From assembly GCA_965238175.1 (NCBI GenBank), contig CBDEGZ010000003.1, forward strand, positions 2,688,001 through 2,752,000: a DNA stretch of 64,000 nt, in the 5' to 3' direction. Each line of letters begins with the position of its first letter. Position 1 is the stretch's first letter. The DNA is from Gammaproteobacteria bacterium (GTDB taxonomy: Bacteria; Pseudomonadota; Gammaproteobacteria; CAJXQU01). Positions 1-10,448 of this stretch are shown piece by piece. Under the pieces are notes generated by a model, which saw nothing but the letters and a program-made list of their open reading frames with translations, was not told the origin of the DNA and searched no databases. The position numbers and the translations under genes are program-made.

Positions 1-566
1 CATTCACCTTTGATAATTTTATTTATCTCAATAGGCACGCTCTCTGAATTAATAACTTCAGATTCATACGTTGTCGATTCAGCTATATTCAGTGACTCTT
101 TAATACCTTCAGGTAAATATCCTTTAACCCAATCAGTCGCAGATTGAAAATGAGGGATCAATAATGATCGTTTGTACAACTTGTTATTTATAAATGGTGT
201 TATTCCAACCAAATCGATCAAAATCATGACAATGAGATAACCACGTGCAATTCCAAATAACACACCCAATAATCTATCTGTACCGGATAAACCAGCACTG
301 TTCATCAGTCTAATGATCACATAATTAAATAAAGAAAAAGCAATTAGTACGGTAATAAAGATTAAAAAAACCGCAACAGCATTACGAAGAAACTCCGGTT
401 CTATGGAGGTTAAATATGACGCTACTTCTCCACGAAATATCCAGGCCACGTAGAAAGCAGCAACCCACGAAATGAACGATAAAACTTCTCGAACAAACCC
501 TCTGAAAACACCTATCACAGCGGATAGAAAAACGAGGGCAATAATTGCAATATCAACTGTATCCAT
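1..566 (-). CDS. cvpA: CvpA family membrane protein (colicin V production), 3' end runs off the window
   Basis: Manual translation from ATG at 566: MDTVDIAIIALVFLSAVIGVFRGFVREVLS...GTDRLLGVLFGIARG, the CvpA signature; standard folC-dedD-cvpA order. Confidence 0.9.
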   Translation of the reverse strand, partial: MDTVDIAIIALVFLSAVIGVFRGFVREVLSFISWVAAFYVAWIFRGEVASYLTSIEPEFLRNAVAVFLIFITVLIAFSLFNYVIIRLMNSAGLSGTDRLLGVLFGIARGYLIVMILIDLVGITPFINNKLYKRSLLIPHFQSATDWVKGYLPEGIKESLNIAESTTYESEVINSESVPIEINKIIKGE

Positions 567-657
567 TTCTCAATAACTCCTTAGTCCTGCTTCATAATAT
601 TATTCTCGTAAATAGATTGGCGATGTTATCAGAGCAATTGTGCCTTAGCTACTGAAT

Positions 658-1287
658 TTATTCCAACGTAACAATTAAAGTTTGTAGCTTCTCTTTTTGA
701 TCGATTTGTTTTTTTAGTTTTTCTATTTCAAACTTTGAACCAATCGGTCCAATTCTTACCCGGTAGATGGTTTTACCGCTCGTAGGAACTCCTTCAAAAT
801 ATGCAGACAAATTTTCGGACTTCAGACGCTTCACAAGCCTGTCTGCATTTTCTTTACTTGAAAAGCTGGCTATTTGAAGTACCCACTGAGACTTCCCTTC
901 GCCTTTTTCAGGGGCTTTATTTTCTACCTTCCTTTCGGGATTTTTAGAATTTTGACTATGTCCCGAATTGGCAATTTCCGATTTCACTTCTGTTACTATT
1001 TGATTTGACGTTGTTATTTGAGGTTTTTGCTCTACTTCTTGCGAAATATTATGATTGCCTTCGACATCACTCCCTTCATAACGAGCGATCACTTCTGAAG
1101 GTATAGCACTTGCTGAGGGAGTTTCCTGAAAAGATTGATGACCGGTCACAGGTTTAACATCAATATCAGTAACTTCTGGTAAGTCTTCAGTCGTCACTGG
1201 TTTCTCTAAGATAAGGGGCAAGATGATAATGCCAAGTACGACAAGTACAACAGCACCAACTAGTCTTTGTTTTAGATCTTCCTTCAA
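658..1287 (-). CDS. dedD: Cell division protein DedD (N-terminal TM, C-terminal SPOR domain)
   Basis: LKQRLVGAVVLV N-terminus; WVLQIASFS...YRVRIGP SPOR domain; lies between folC and cvpA. Confidence 0.9.
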   Translation of the reverse strand: MKEDLKQRLVGAVVLVVLGIIILPLILEKPVTTEDLPEVTDIDVKPVTGHQSFQETPSASAIPSEVIARYEGSDVEGNHNISQEVEQKPQITTSNQIVTEVKSEIANSGHSQNSKNPERKVENKAPEKGEGKSQWVLQIASFSSKENADRLVKRLKSENLSAYFEGVPTSGKTIYRVRIGPIGSKFEIEKLKKQIDQKEKLQTLIVTLE

Positions 1288-2570
1288 GACTCCTGTTCCA
1301 TTATTTTCATCACAGCAGAAACCGTATGAAATGATCCTGCGACCAAAATCCGATCACCCGCTTTAGCCTCTTTTTGCAAAGCAGTATAAGCGGTTTTAAC
1401 CGAATCAAAAGGGATCACAGGCACGTTCATTCCTGCGTCTTCTAAAAGCTTTACTAATCGCGCACTTCCAGCACCTCGGGAACCTCCAAGTGCCGCAACA
1501 TACCAATCATCAACATATTGTCCAACTTCTTCAATAACACCTCCAGCATCTTTATCTTTGAGCATACCCAGCAAGAGATGATTCTTACCCTGAACTGGAT
1601 TTGATTTTAAAAAACTGGCCAACGTTTTAGCCGCATGTGGATTATGTGCAACATCGAGGACAATTTCGACATCACCAGGTATTACCTGGAAGCGTCCAGA
1701 TAATTCTGTTGCCTGTAATCCCTGATGAATATGCTGTTCAGAAACAATGTATCGATCCGGTAAGCATTGAATAACTTTCAAAACACCTGCAGCATTCATC
1801 AGTTGAAAATCACCACGAAGACTCGGCCGCGGTAACTCATCGTAACTAACCTTCTGATCATTCCAACACCACGTCTCGTCTGAAGAAGATTCGGCAGAGA
1901 AACTATAATGATAGTCTTTACCGGAAAGGTAGAGATCTACTTTTTGATCTTGTGCAAACTCCACAAGACTCTCCGGCGCGTTCAGATCAGAACATACTGC
2001 CGGATTACCAGAGCGCATAATCCCTGCCTTTTCTAACGCAATATCATTTCGATTATCGCCCAACCAATCCACATGATCGATCGCAATAGATGTGACCAGT
2101 GCAACGTCTGCATCCATCATATTGACAGCGTCTAATCGCCCACCTAATCCAACTTCAAGGACTGCAAAATCAACCTCTTCTCGTTCAAAAAGATAGAAAG
2201 CAGCCAAGGTTCCAAATTCAAAATAGGTTAACGAAATCTCGCCTCGAGCCTGATCAATACACTCAAATGCCTCACACAGAAGCTTATCTGAAACCATTTC
2301 ACCATCAATACAAATTCGTTCGTTGTAATGGATCAAGTGTGGGGAAGTATAGACACCCGTTTTATAACCAGCTTGCCGCATAATGGTACTTAGCATAGCG
2401 ACACTGGAACCTTTTCCATTAGTGCCCGAAACACTGACAAAACCGTATTTTGGCTGTTTGAGATCCATGCTATCTGCAACCGATTTGCAACGCTCCAAAC
2501 CTAATTCAATTTCGTTTAGGTGTAGGGTTTCCTGCCACGAAAGCCAACCTGTCAGATTATCGAAGCGCAT
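1284..2570 (-). CDS. folC: Bifunctional folylpolyglutamate synthase/dihydrofolate synthase
   Basis: GTNGKGS, YTSPHL, EVGLGGRLDAVN and DVAHNPHA motifs. Confidence 0.97.
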   Translation of the reverse strand: MRFDNLTGWLSWQETLHLNEIELGLERCKSVADSMDLKQPKYGFVSVSGTNGKGSSVAMLSTIMRQAGYKTGVYTSPHLIHYNERICIDGEMVSDKLLCEAFECIDQARGEISLTYFEFGTLAAFYLFEREEVDFAVLEVGLGGRLDAVNMMDADVALVTSIAIDHVDWLGDNRNDIALEKAGIMRSGNPAVCSDLNAPESLVEFAQDQKVDLYLSGKDYHYSFSAESSSDETWCWNDQKVSYDELPRPSLRGDFQLMNAAGVLKVIQCLPDRYIVSEQHIHQGLQATELSGRFQVIPGDVEIVLDVAHNPHAAKTLASFLKSNPVQGKNHLLLGMLKDKDAGGVIEEVGQYVDDWYVAALGGSRGAGSARLVKLLEDAGMNVPVIPFDSVKTAYTALQKEAKAGDRILVAGSFHTVSAVMKIMEQES

Positions 2571-2594
2571 TTTGAGAGTCCCGAGCTTACCCTG

Positions 2595-3455
2595 TCAGGC
2601 GGCAGTTTGATGAGTCATCATGGCTAATAGACTTGAAATTTGATCACGCATTTCCCTGCGATCAACAATCATATCAAGCGCGCCGTGCTCAAACAGAAAT
2701 TCACTGCGCTGGAAACCATCCGGTAAAGTTTGTCCTACCGTTTGTTCTATTACGCGAGGACCTGCAAAACCTATCAGTGCTTTTGGCTCGCCAATATTAA
2801 TGTCGCCCAACATGGCTAAGCTGGCGGACACTCCACCCATCGTTGGATCTGTCATCACGGAGATATAAGGTAAGCCTTTTTCGCTTAACTTAGCGAGTAC
2901 TGCACTGGTTTTTGCCATTTGCATAAGTGAGACCAATGCTTCTTGCATTCTTGCTCCACCACTGGTGGAAAAACACACCAAAGGTATATTTTCTTCCAAA
3001 CTGGTGTTTGCCGCCTGGAAAAAACGTTCACCCACAACGGATCCCATAGTTCCCCCAATGAAACCAAAATCAAAAGCGCACGCAACTATCGGTATCGCTT
3101 TTAACTCCCCTTTCATTACAACGAGTGCATCGGTTTCATCTGTCGTTTTTTGTGCATGTATTAAACGATCTTTGTATCGCTTTAAATCTTTAAATTTAAG
3201 AAAATCCTCTGGGGTTATATTTGCACCAATTTCGGTAGTCGTATCTTTATCAAGAAAATGTTCGAGACGCTTACGCGCACCAATACGCATATGGTGACCA
3301 CATTTAAGACAAACATCCTGATTTCTTTCCAGTTCCGAACGATACAAAACTTCCTTACAGGATATGCAGCTCGTCCAAAGACCTTCAGGAATAGATTTTT
3401 TTGAGGTACTGTCTGTGCGAATACTCGCCGGCAATAATTTTGTAAACCAATTCAT
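2595..3455 (-). CDS. accD: Acetyl-CoA carboxylase carboxyltransferase beta subunit
   Basis: CxxC...CxxC zinc ribbon, [19 protein letters not shown]. Confidence 0.97.
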   Translation of the reverse strand: MNWFTKLLPASIRTDSTSKKSIPEGLWTSCISCKEVLYRSELERNQDVCLKCGHHMRIGARKRLEHFLDKDTTTEIGANITPEDFLKFKDLKRYKDRLIHAQKTTDETDALVVMKGELKAIPIVACAFDFGFIGGTMGSVVGERFFQAANTSLEENIPLVCFSTSGGARMQEALVSLMQMAKTSAVLAKLSEKGLPYISVMTDPTMGGVSASLAMLGDINIGEPKALIGFAGPRVIEQTVGQTLPDGFQRSEFLFEHGALDMIVDRREMRDQISSLLAMMTHQTAA

Positions 3456-3482
3456 TTTTATTCTTCCTCACAAGTGATCAGA

Positions 3483-4286
3483 TTATTGATCAATAGCATT
3501 GCGTAATTCTGCCATGAAACTGCTTATCTCATCAGATATTTTTTCAGGTTGTTCTTGCAACGCTTCCATCTTTGAGACTAAAGCACTCCCGACAACAACC
3601 GCATCACTAACCTTTGAAACCCTCGCAGCCGTCTCACCATCTTTAATACCAAATCCAACACCCACAGGTAATTTCGTATATTGACGGATCAGATCCATTT
3701 TTTCTCGAATACCACCCGTATCAAGTTGACTACTACCCGTCACACCTTTCAAAGCCACATAATAAACAAAACCTGTTGCTGAATGACAAATCTTCTCAAT
3801 TCTTTCTGGCGTTGTCGTAGGCGAGATCAAAAAGACCGGATCAACACCGGCTTCTTGTAACATAACATTAAACTCTTGCGACTCTTCAGGCGGTAAATCG
3901 ACAGTAAGTATTCCATCAACACCTGCTGCTTCTGACATTTTCGCGACTTTTTCATAACCCATAATTTCAATCGGATTACAGTAACCCATCAAGACGACAG
4001 GAGTTGTTTGATTTTTGATCCGAAACTCTTTAACCATGTTAAAAACATCAACTAATGAAACCTTATGTTTCAACGCACGTTCACTTGAATGTTGGATGAC
4101 TGGACCATCCGCCATCGGATCAGAAAAAGGTACACCCAATTCTAATATATCAGCACCACCTTCAACCAATGCGTGCATAAAAGAAACCGTGTAATCTGGA
4201 TGTGGATCACCTGCCGTAATAAAGGGGATCAAAGCAGTTCGATTATTAGCCTTGAGATCTTTAAATATCTGGTTTATTTGACTCAT
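3483..4286 (-). CDS. trpA: Tryptophan synthase alpha subunit
   Basis: ELGVPFSDPMADGPVIQ, GFGI, VVVGSALV. Confidence 0.97.
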   Translation of the reverse strand: MSQINQIFKDLKANNRTALIPFITAGDPHPDYTVSFMHALVEGGADILELGVPFSDPMADGPVIQHSSERALKHKVSLVDVFNMVKEFRIKNQTTPVVLMGYCNPIEIMGYEKVAKMSEAAGVDGILTVDLPPEESQEFNVMLQEAGVDPVFLISPTTTPERIEKICHSATGFVYYVALKGVTGSSQLDTGGIREKMDLIRQYTKLPVGVGFGIKDGETAARVSKVSDAVVVGSALVSKMEALQEQPEKISDEISSFMAELRNAIDQ

Positions 4287-4344
4287 AATTATTATTGATT
4301 TACGAAGGTTTTAATAAGCAATACTAGGGGTTTACTAAGCAACA

Positions 4345-5592
4345 CTAAGCCGTTATATCTTTGTCTATTCCCTGTCGAGCAGCAACGGTATGCATATCTT
4401 TGTCACCACGTCCGGATAGATTAACGATAATGTTTTGATCTTCAGTCATTTCTTTTGCAAGTTTCACCGCGTAAGCCAACGCATGGCTGCTTTCCAATGC
4501 AGGAATGATCCCTTCTATTCGAGTCAGATCATAAAAAGCAGCTAGTGCTTCATCATCGGTGATAGGCACATATTGAGCACGGCCAATATCCTTAAGCCAG
4601 GCATGCTCAGGGCCCACTCCAGGATAATCCAGACCCGCCGAAATAGAGTGCGTCTCAATAATCTGACCATCATCATCTTCGATCAAATAAGTTCGATTAC
4701 CATGCAGCACACCCGGTTTTCCTGCATAAAGTGAGGCAGAATGGCGACCGGTTTCGATACCATCTCCTGCCGCTTCAACCCCGTACATAGCAACTGACTC
4801 ATCATAAATAAATGGGTGAAAAAGACCAATAGCATTTGAACCACCACCAACACATGCAACTAGCGCATCCGGCAATCGGCCCGTTGCTTCAATACATTGT
4901 TCCTTTGCTTCACGACCGATAATGGCTTGAAAATCTCTGACCATCGCAGGGTAAGGGTGCGGCCCAGCCACCGTGCCGATGATATAAAATGTATCATCGA
5001 CATTAGTAACCCAATCACGCATGGCCTCATTAAGCGCATCTTTGAGCGTTTTTGATCCTGACTCGACTGGCACAACGGTCGCACCAAGTAACCTCATCCG
5101 ATAGACATTGGTTGCTTGCCGTTCGATATCTTGGGCACCCATATAAACAATGCACTCAATTCCAAGTCGGGCTGCAATAGTTGCAGTTGCAACGCCGTGT
5201 TGACCGGCACCCGTTTCAGCAATAATGCGCGTCTTTCCCATTCGTTTTGCCAGCAATGCCTGACCAATCGTATTATTGATCTTGTGCGCACCCGTGTGAT
5301 TTAAATCTTCACGCTTTAGATAAATCTTTGCGCCACCGAGTTCTCTGCTCCAGCGTTTAGCTAAATAGAGTGGCGAAGGTCTACCCACATAATGTTTAAG
5401 ATCATCGTCAAACTCTTTTAGAAATTCCGGATCTTTTATATATTTTTCATACGCTTCTTGAAGCTCTGTAACCGGCTCCATAAGCGTCTCAGAAATAAAC
5501 TTTCCACCATACTCACCAAAGTGACCTCGTTCATCGGGTAACGTTTGGGTCTTATACCCAAGTTCCTTGAGAATGCCTGTTTCAGCGGTCAT
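4345..5592 (-). CDS. trpB: Tryptophan synthase beta subunit (start probably ATG 5592 rather than 5685)
   Basis: [11 protein letters not shown] (PLP lysine), [21 protein letters not shown]. Confidence 0.97.
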   Translation of the reverse strand: MTAETGILKELGYKTQTLPDERGHFGEYGGKFISETLMEPVTELQEAYEKYIKDPEFLKEFDDDLKHYVGRPSPLYLAKRWSRELGGAKIYLKREDLNHTGAHKINNTIGQALLAKRMGKTRIIAETGAGQHGVATATIAARLGIECIVYMGAQDIERQATNVYRMRLLGATVVPVESGSKTLKDALNEAMRDWVTNVDDTFYIIGTVAGPHPYPAMVRDFQAIIGREAKEQCIEATGRLPDALVACVGGGSNAIGLFHPFIYDESVAMYGVEAAGDGIETGRHSASLYAGKPGVLHGNRTYLIEDDDGQIIETHSISAGLDYPGVGPEHAWLKDIGRAQYVPITDDEALAAFYDLTRIEGIIPALESSHALAYAVKLAKEMTEDQNIIVNLSGRGDKDMHTVAARQGIDKDITA

Positions 5593-5643
5593 GATGCGCT
5601 TCCTGGCAAGGCCTGTTTTGCAGATAATGGTGGTTCCATTATC

Positions 5644-5704
5644 AAAAAATAGAACGCCGCGAGGGAGGGCATCATGACCTCCCAAAGGGCGAGACAGGCA
5701 TTCT
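5644..5704 (-). terminator. Terminator/attenuator-like stem-loop with U-run between trpF and trpB
   Basis: Minus strand AGAATGCC...GGGAGG-loop-CCTCCC...GGCGTTCT followed by ATTTTTT. Confidence 0.45.
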
Positions 5705-6363
5705 CAAGAAACTTGGGTATCTCTAAAGCCATTGCTTACTCCATTCATAAAAGCATTCATTTTTTTATTATCTTTAATTCCCTTAATCTGTTCGATACCA
5801 CCACTGACATCTACTGCAAAGGGGCGAACGTTTTTGATCGCTTCTGCGACATTATCAGGACTCAGTCCACCTGCCAAGATAATTGGCATAGAAAGATCCT
5901 TTGGAATGATATCCCAATCAAACGCCTTACCTGTTCCACCGTACTTTGCTTTATCGTAGGCATCGAGTAATAGTGCTTGAGCATTGTTAAACTGTTGGGA
6001 GATTTTTTTAAGATCAATTCCTTCTTGCATACGTACCGCCTTAATAAAAGGTCGATCATAGTGCTCACAATCTTCCGGCGATTCATCTCCATGAAACTGT
6101 AAAACATCCAGACCAACTTCTTTTGAGATCTGCTCAACTTCTACTCTTTCCGCATTCACAAACAAACCTACCCTAGTGACAAAGGGTGGCAAACTGTCAA
6201 CGATTGCTTTCGCTTGTTCAATTGATACAACTCTCGGACTTTCTGCATAAAAGACCAGGCCAATGGCATCGACGCCAATCGACGCAGCATGTAAAGCATC
6301 TTCAACACGCGTAACTCCGCAAAACTTAACTCGTGTTTTTAAAGGTGAAAATGTTAGATCCAT
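5704..6363 (-). CDS. trpF: Phosphoribosylanthranilate isomerase
   Basis: [37 protein letters not shown]. Confidence 0.96.
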   Translation of the reverse strand: MDLTFSPLKTRVKFCGVTRVEDALHAASIGVDAIGLVFYAESPRVVSIEQAKAIVDSLPPFVTRVGLFVNAERVEVEQISKEVGLDVLQFHGDESPEDCEHYDRPFIKAVRMQEGIDLKKISQQFNNAQALLLDAYDKAKYGGTGKAFDWDIIPKDLSMPIILAGGLSPDNVAEAIKNVRPFAVDVSGGIEQIKGIKDNKKMNAFMNGVSNGFRDTQVS

Positions 6364-6493
6364 GCATTAAGATACACACTATTAGATAAGGTGCAATTGT
6401 ACAGTAAAAACTGAGATTTTTACGGCATTAATGAATACGTTTTAATCAAACAAAACTATAAAGATTAAGACTATTTAGAGATTAATCTAGTTC

Positions 6494-7759
6494 CTATCGA
6501 ACAGCTAATCGCGTTCCCGGTGGGGCATACTCAGAAAAGTATTTGGTCACACCATTATGAATAGCATTAACCAGTTTATTTTGTTCCTTTGAACTCAACA
6601 ACTTACGCTCTTCTTTCGGGTTGCTGATAAAGGCTGTTTCGATCAATATTGACGGGACATCTGGCGCCTTCAACACGACAAAACCGGCGTGCTGTACTTT
6701 TGATTTGTGTACCTTCCCAACCTTTTTCAAACCTTGTAAGACTTTATCGGCGACATTAACGCTGGCATCCATTACTGCATTCTGTGAGAGATCAAGCAAT
6801 ACTCCGTTTAATAAGGGATCACCCTTATCAAAATGAACACCGCCAACAAAATCAACAGCATTTTCCTGCTCTGCTAATAGTTTTGCTGCTTCACTACTGG
6901 CACCTTTTTCGGACAGAACATAAACTGATGAACCTTGAACAGAGTGGTTTTTAATTGCATCAGCATGAATTGAGATAAAAAGATCTGCATTCTTACTCCG
7001 TGCAATATCAACGCGTTTGCGCAATGACAAGAATTGATCTTTATTTCGAGTTAAAACCGCCTTCATACCTGGTGTAGCATCAATTTTCTTCGCCAGTTTT
7101 TTTGCAATGGACAGAACAACATCTTTTTCTTTAGTACCCCGTTTGCCGGTAGCGCCAGGATCTTTTCCACCATGGCCAGCATCCACCGCAACAATGAGAT
7201 CGCGAAGAACAACTTTCTTTTTAACAGCTGGTTTTGCAGCTTGTTGTTTAGTAGTTTGAGCTGATTTAACTTTTACTACTTTGTTCTGTCCCCTTTGCAT
7301 TGGTACGACAGAAGACTTTTTCTGCATGTCTTTCGAGACAATTAGAGAAGCTTGCTTGGTGTTTTTTAGATCTAACAGATCAACAACCAGTCGGTGCCCA
7401 CGCTTGCCTTCTGGCCCAAGCTGAAAACTATTAATTTTAACTTTGCGACGTAAATCAAGAACAACACGAAAGGCATGGTTTTCTTTTCCTGCAGAGCGGA
7501 CTTTCCTTAGCAGTTTATTTTTACTGACAGGTGCTATGAGTTTCTTGCGGGTATCACTGTTTCTAAAATCGATAACGACTCTTAAAGGATCCTCTAAGGT
7601 GAAAATCTTGTAATTAATCGCGTCATTCAGATCAAAAACTACACGTGTCTTCTCTGGTGCGGGCCAAACCCGCATCTCTTCTATGTTCGCAGCATAGCTT
7701 GCCTCCCCTACACATAGGAGGGTTAGAAAAAACAAAAATTGAACGGATTTCTTGAGCAC
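6494..7759 (-). CDS. amiB: N-acetylmuramoyl-L-alanine amidase (AMIN + Amidase_3)
   Basis: Signal peptide, TRVVFDL AMIN domain, VDAGHGGKDPGA, SIHAD, ILIETAFISN; follows tsaE. Confidence 0.9.
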   Translation of the reverse strand: MLKKSVQFLFFLTLLCVGEASYAANIEEMRVWPAPEKTRVVFDLNDAINYKIFTLEDPLRVVIDFRNSDTRKKLIAPVSKNKLLRKVRSAGKENHAFRVVLDLRRKVKINSFQLGPEGKRGHRLVVDLLDLKNTKQASLIVSKDMQKKSSVVPMQRGQNKVVKVKSAQTTKQQAAKPAVKKKVVLRDLIVAVDAGHGGKDPGATGKRGTKEKDVVLSIAKKLAKKIDATPGMKAVLTRNKDQFLSLRKRVDIARSKNADLFISIHADAIKNHSVQGSSVYVLSEKGASSEAAKLLAEQENAVDFVGGVHFDKGDPLLNGVLLDLSQNAVMDASVNVADKVLQGLKKVGKVHKSKVQHAGFVVLKAPDVPSILIETAFISNPKEERKLLSSKEQNKLVNAIHNGVTKYFSEYAPPGTRLAVR

Positions 7760-7883
7760 TACAAATATATCCTTTATCCTAAATTAGGGTGAATTACCTT
7801 AATTTTGCAGTAGTTAAGCTATAAAATACAAGTAATATTTTATAATAATACACTACCTTATTGATTTAAATATATTATATTAT

Positions 7884-8354
7884 CTAAATTTCTCTATAAA
7901 TATCGATGGTTTTGAGACCTGTTTCACTTATAGGCTCAAATTCTATCTGTCTTTTTTCATCTTCATACCTGAAATTAATAAGAATATCCGCTGCCGGTAA
8001 AAGGCCTTTTCCGTTCTGAGGCCATTCAAGTAGGCAGATCGAAGTTCCATCAAAATAATCTCTAATACCCATAGCCTCTAGTTCTTCTGGATCAGTAAGA
8101 CGATATAGATCAAAATGATGGATAGTGAATTGCTTGTTTTGAAATATGGTTTGATAGGAATGAACAATGTTGTATGTCGGGCTCTTAACAGTACCAGTAT
8201 GACCAAGCCCGAATAAAAAACCTCTAGCGAATGTGGTTTTTCCAGCACCAAGTTCACCCTGAAGATGGATGCTCATTCCTTGTTGGATAATAGAAGCCAA
8301 ACCTGCGGCCTTCGATTCGGTCTGTTCAGCCGATTCGGTAAGATAGCTAAGCAT
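7884..8354 (-). CDS. tsaE: tRNA threonylcarbamoyladenosine biosynthesis ATPase
   Basis: GELGAGKTTF, VKSPTY, HFDLYRL, LLEWP. Confidence 0.96.
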   Translation of the reverse strand: MLSYLTESAEQTESKAAGLASIIQQGMSIHLQGELGAGKTTFARGFLFGLGHTGTVKSPTYNIVHSYQTIFQNKQFTIHHFDLYRLTDPEELEAMGIRDYFDGTSICLLEWPQNGKGLLPAADILINFRYEDEKRQIEFEPISETGLKTIDIYREI

Positions 8355-8375
8355 AACTCTACGCTTCCCAGGAGA

Positions 8376-9857
8376 TTAAAAGTTCACCGAGGCTCGAATT
8401 TCAGGCATTAAATCCAGAGCCAGCATTCCTCGCTGCCCACTTTTTGCCGCCATGTCCGCAGCATTTGCATGCACACTTACCCCCGTTTGCGATGCAGAAA
8501 ATAGATCCAACCCCTGAGCAACAAGACCAGCGATAACGCCTGTCAAAACATCTCCTATGCCACCACTCGCCATGCCAGGATTACCCTGTGAACAAAGCGA
8601 AATACCCATTTTTTCAGAAGTGATTAGAGTTCCTGAGCCTTTCAATACGATTACACCGCCATACTTTTGCTGTATCGCAGTGACTGCGGCAAAACGATCT
8701 TGTTGTATTTCAGCGACCGAACAACCCAACATTCTTGCGGCTTCACCCGGATGCGGCGTTAAAACCCAGTTTTCCCGTTGTACTGGATCTTGAGCAATTA
8801 AATTCAACGCATCTGCATCAACAATCAAAGGCAAGGAAGTTTCCAGGACACTGCCCAACATTTCTTGCCCCCACTTATCCAAACCAAGTCCAGGGCCAAT
8901 GGCAACAACCGAAGCGCGATGAATCAAATTCAACAAAGTATCACTGCGCTCAACACTGTGAGCCATAAGTTCCGGCCGACTCATCGCGATGTGTGTCGCA
9001 TGTCGTTCTCGGGTAGCCAGGCTAACTAACCCAGAACCTGATCGCGCTGCAGCCTCAGCAGCCATTCGCGCGGCACCAGCAAAACCATGATCGCCGCCTA
9101 CGATTAGAGTATGGCCATATTGACCTTTATGGCCAGTTGCTTTTCGTGTATCTAAAGTAGGTTTTTGCGTTAACAAGTCTATTCTTAAACAAGAAACAGG
9201 AACAGATTCATAAACTTCATCAGGTACTTCTAAATCATCAAAGTAAACATCGCCACTGTGGGTGGCACCCTCTCCCGTTAGCAAGCCCTGCTTAGCACCA
9301 ATAAAACTGATCGTTGCCTGAGCTTCTATCGCGGCCCCCATAATACTTCCAGTATCCGCGTTTAAACCCGTTGGAATATCTACTGCTAAAATGGGAGCAG
9401 AAGATTTATTGATAGCGTTAACGATATCAATATATTCTTCGTTAATATTTCGGTCCAACCCTGTCCCTAAAATTGCATCAATAATCACATCAGCTTGTTT
9501 TAGTTTCTCTACCGAAAAAGCTTCATGTTTGATCTCCGCTTGAGCAGATTTTTCTGCACAGGTTTTAGCATCACCCTGCAGATTTTCATGATCACCTACC
9601 TGTAAAAGGACAACATTTTTATCACTTTGTTGGGCAAGCCTAGAGATGACATAGCCATCTCCACCATTATTTCCATTACCACAAACAATCACGATTCGCC
9701 AAGCATCTGGCCATAGTTTATTTAGTAAATCAAACGCTGCTTGCCCAGCAGCTTCCATCAGTGAAAGCCCTTCCAAACCTTGCGCCTCAATCGCCTGCTT
9801 ATCCAGCTCGCGAACTTGAGTCGATGTATATAAATTTCGAGGTAAAAGACTATTCAT
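8376..9857 (-). CDS. nnr: Bifunctional NAD(P)H-hydrate epimerase/dehydratase
   Basis: GNNGGDG, VDIPTG, HKGQYGH, TPHPGEAA, GMASGGIGDVL. Confidence 0.95.
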   Translation of the reverse strand: MNSLLPRNLYTSTQVRELDKQAIEAQGLEGLSLMEAAGQAAFDLLNKLWPDAWRIVIVCGNGNNGGDGYVISRLAQQSDKNVVLLQVGDHENLQGDAKTCAEKSAQAEIKHEAFSVEKLKQADVIIDAILGTGLDRNINEEYIDIVNAINKSSAPILAVDIPTGLNADTGSIMGAAIEAQATISFIGAKQGLLTGEGATHSGDVYFDDLEVPDEVYESVPVSCLRIDLLTQKPTLDTRKATGHKGQYGHTLIVGGDHGFAGAARMAAEAAARSGSGLVSLATRERHATHIAMSRPELMAHSVERSDTLLNLIHRASVVAIGPGLGLDKWGQEMLGSVLETSLPLIVDADALNLIAQDPVQRENWVLTPHPGEAARMLGCSVAEIQQDRFAAVTAIQQKYGGVIVLKGSGTLITSEKMGISLCSQGNPGMASGGIGDVLTGVIAGLVAQGLDLFSASQTGVSVHANAADMAAKSGQRGMLALDLMPEIRASVNF

Positions 9858-9873
9858 AATGGCTTTTTCAATA

Positions 9874-10428
9874 TCAAATCTTCAGTACATTTTTACGGAA
9901 ATATTTAAGCTCTTCGATAGAGTCTTTAATGTCGTCCATTGCAAGGTGTTTACCGCTTTTGTTATATTTAGGCAGTTCTGGTGCCCAGCGTTCTGCAAGC
10001 TCTTTGATCGTACTTACATCTATATGTCGATAGTGAAAATAATGTTCTAACTTGGACATTAATCGATGCATAAAGCGACGATCCTGACAAATGGTGTTTC
10101 CACACATTGGAGATAGTCCGGCAGGTACATATTCTTTGAGAAAATCCAGGGTTTCTTGTTCTGCTACTTCAACCGTATATTTTGATTGTCTTACACGTTC
10201 AGTTAATCCAGAATTACCGTGCTGATTGGTATTCCAGTCATCCATTGCTTCAAGAATATCATCAGGTTGATGAATTGCGATCGTTGGTCCTTCAGCCAGA
10301 ATATTCAATTGCTGATCAGTGATAATCGTTGCAATTTCGATGATATAATCTTCATCGGTATCGAGCCCTGTCATTTCAAGATCGATCCAGATAAGATTTT
10401 TTTCAGAAACTTTTTCGGAACCACTCAT
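9874..10428 (-). CDS. orn: Oligoribonuclease
   Basis: [31 protein letters not shown]. Confidence 0.97.
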   Translation of the reverse strand: MSGSEKVSEKNLIWIDLEMTGLDTDEDYIIEIATIITDQQLNILAEGPTIAIHQPDDILEAMDDWNTNQHGNSGLTERVRQSKYTVEVAEQETLDFLKEYVPAGLSPMCGNTICQDRRFMHRLMSKLEHYFHYRHIDVSTIKELAERWAPELPKYNKSGKHLAMDDIKDSIEELKYFRKNVLKI

Positions 10429-10448
10429 GGAGTTATCCTTATATTATT

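Noticed and set aside
5623-5643. Fur box upstream of trpB
   Set aside because: GATAATG/CATTATC half-sites are 7 bp apart, not 5 as in the Fur consensus; kept only as a generic dyad
5593-5685. 31-aa N-terminal extension of TrpB as a leader peptide
   Set aside because: Contains no Trp codons, runs through a terminator-like hairpin, and TrpB homology starts later
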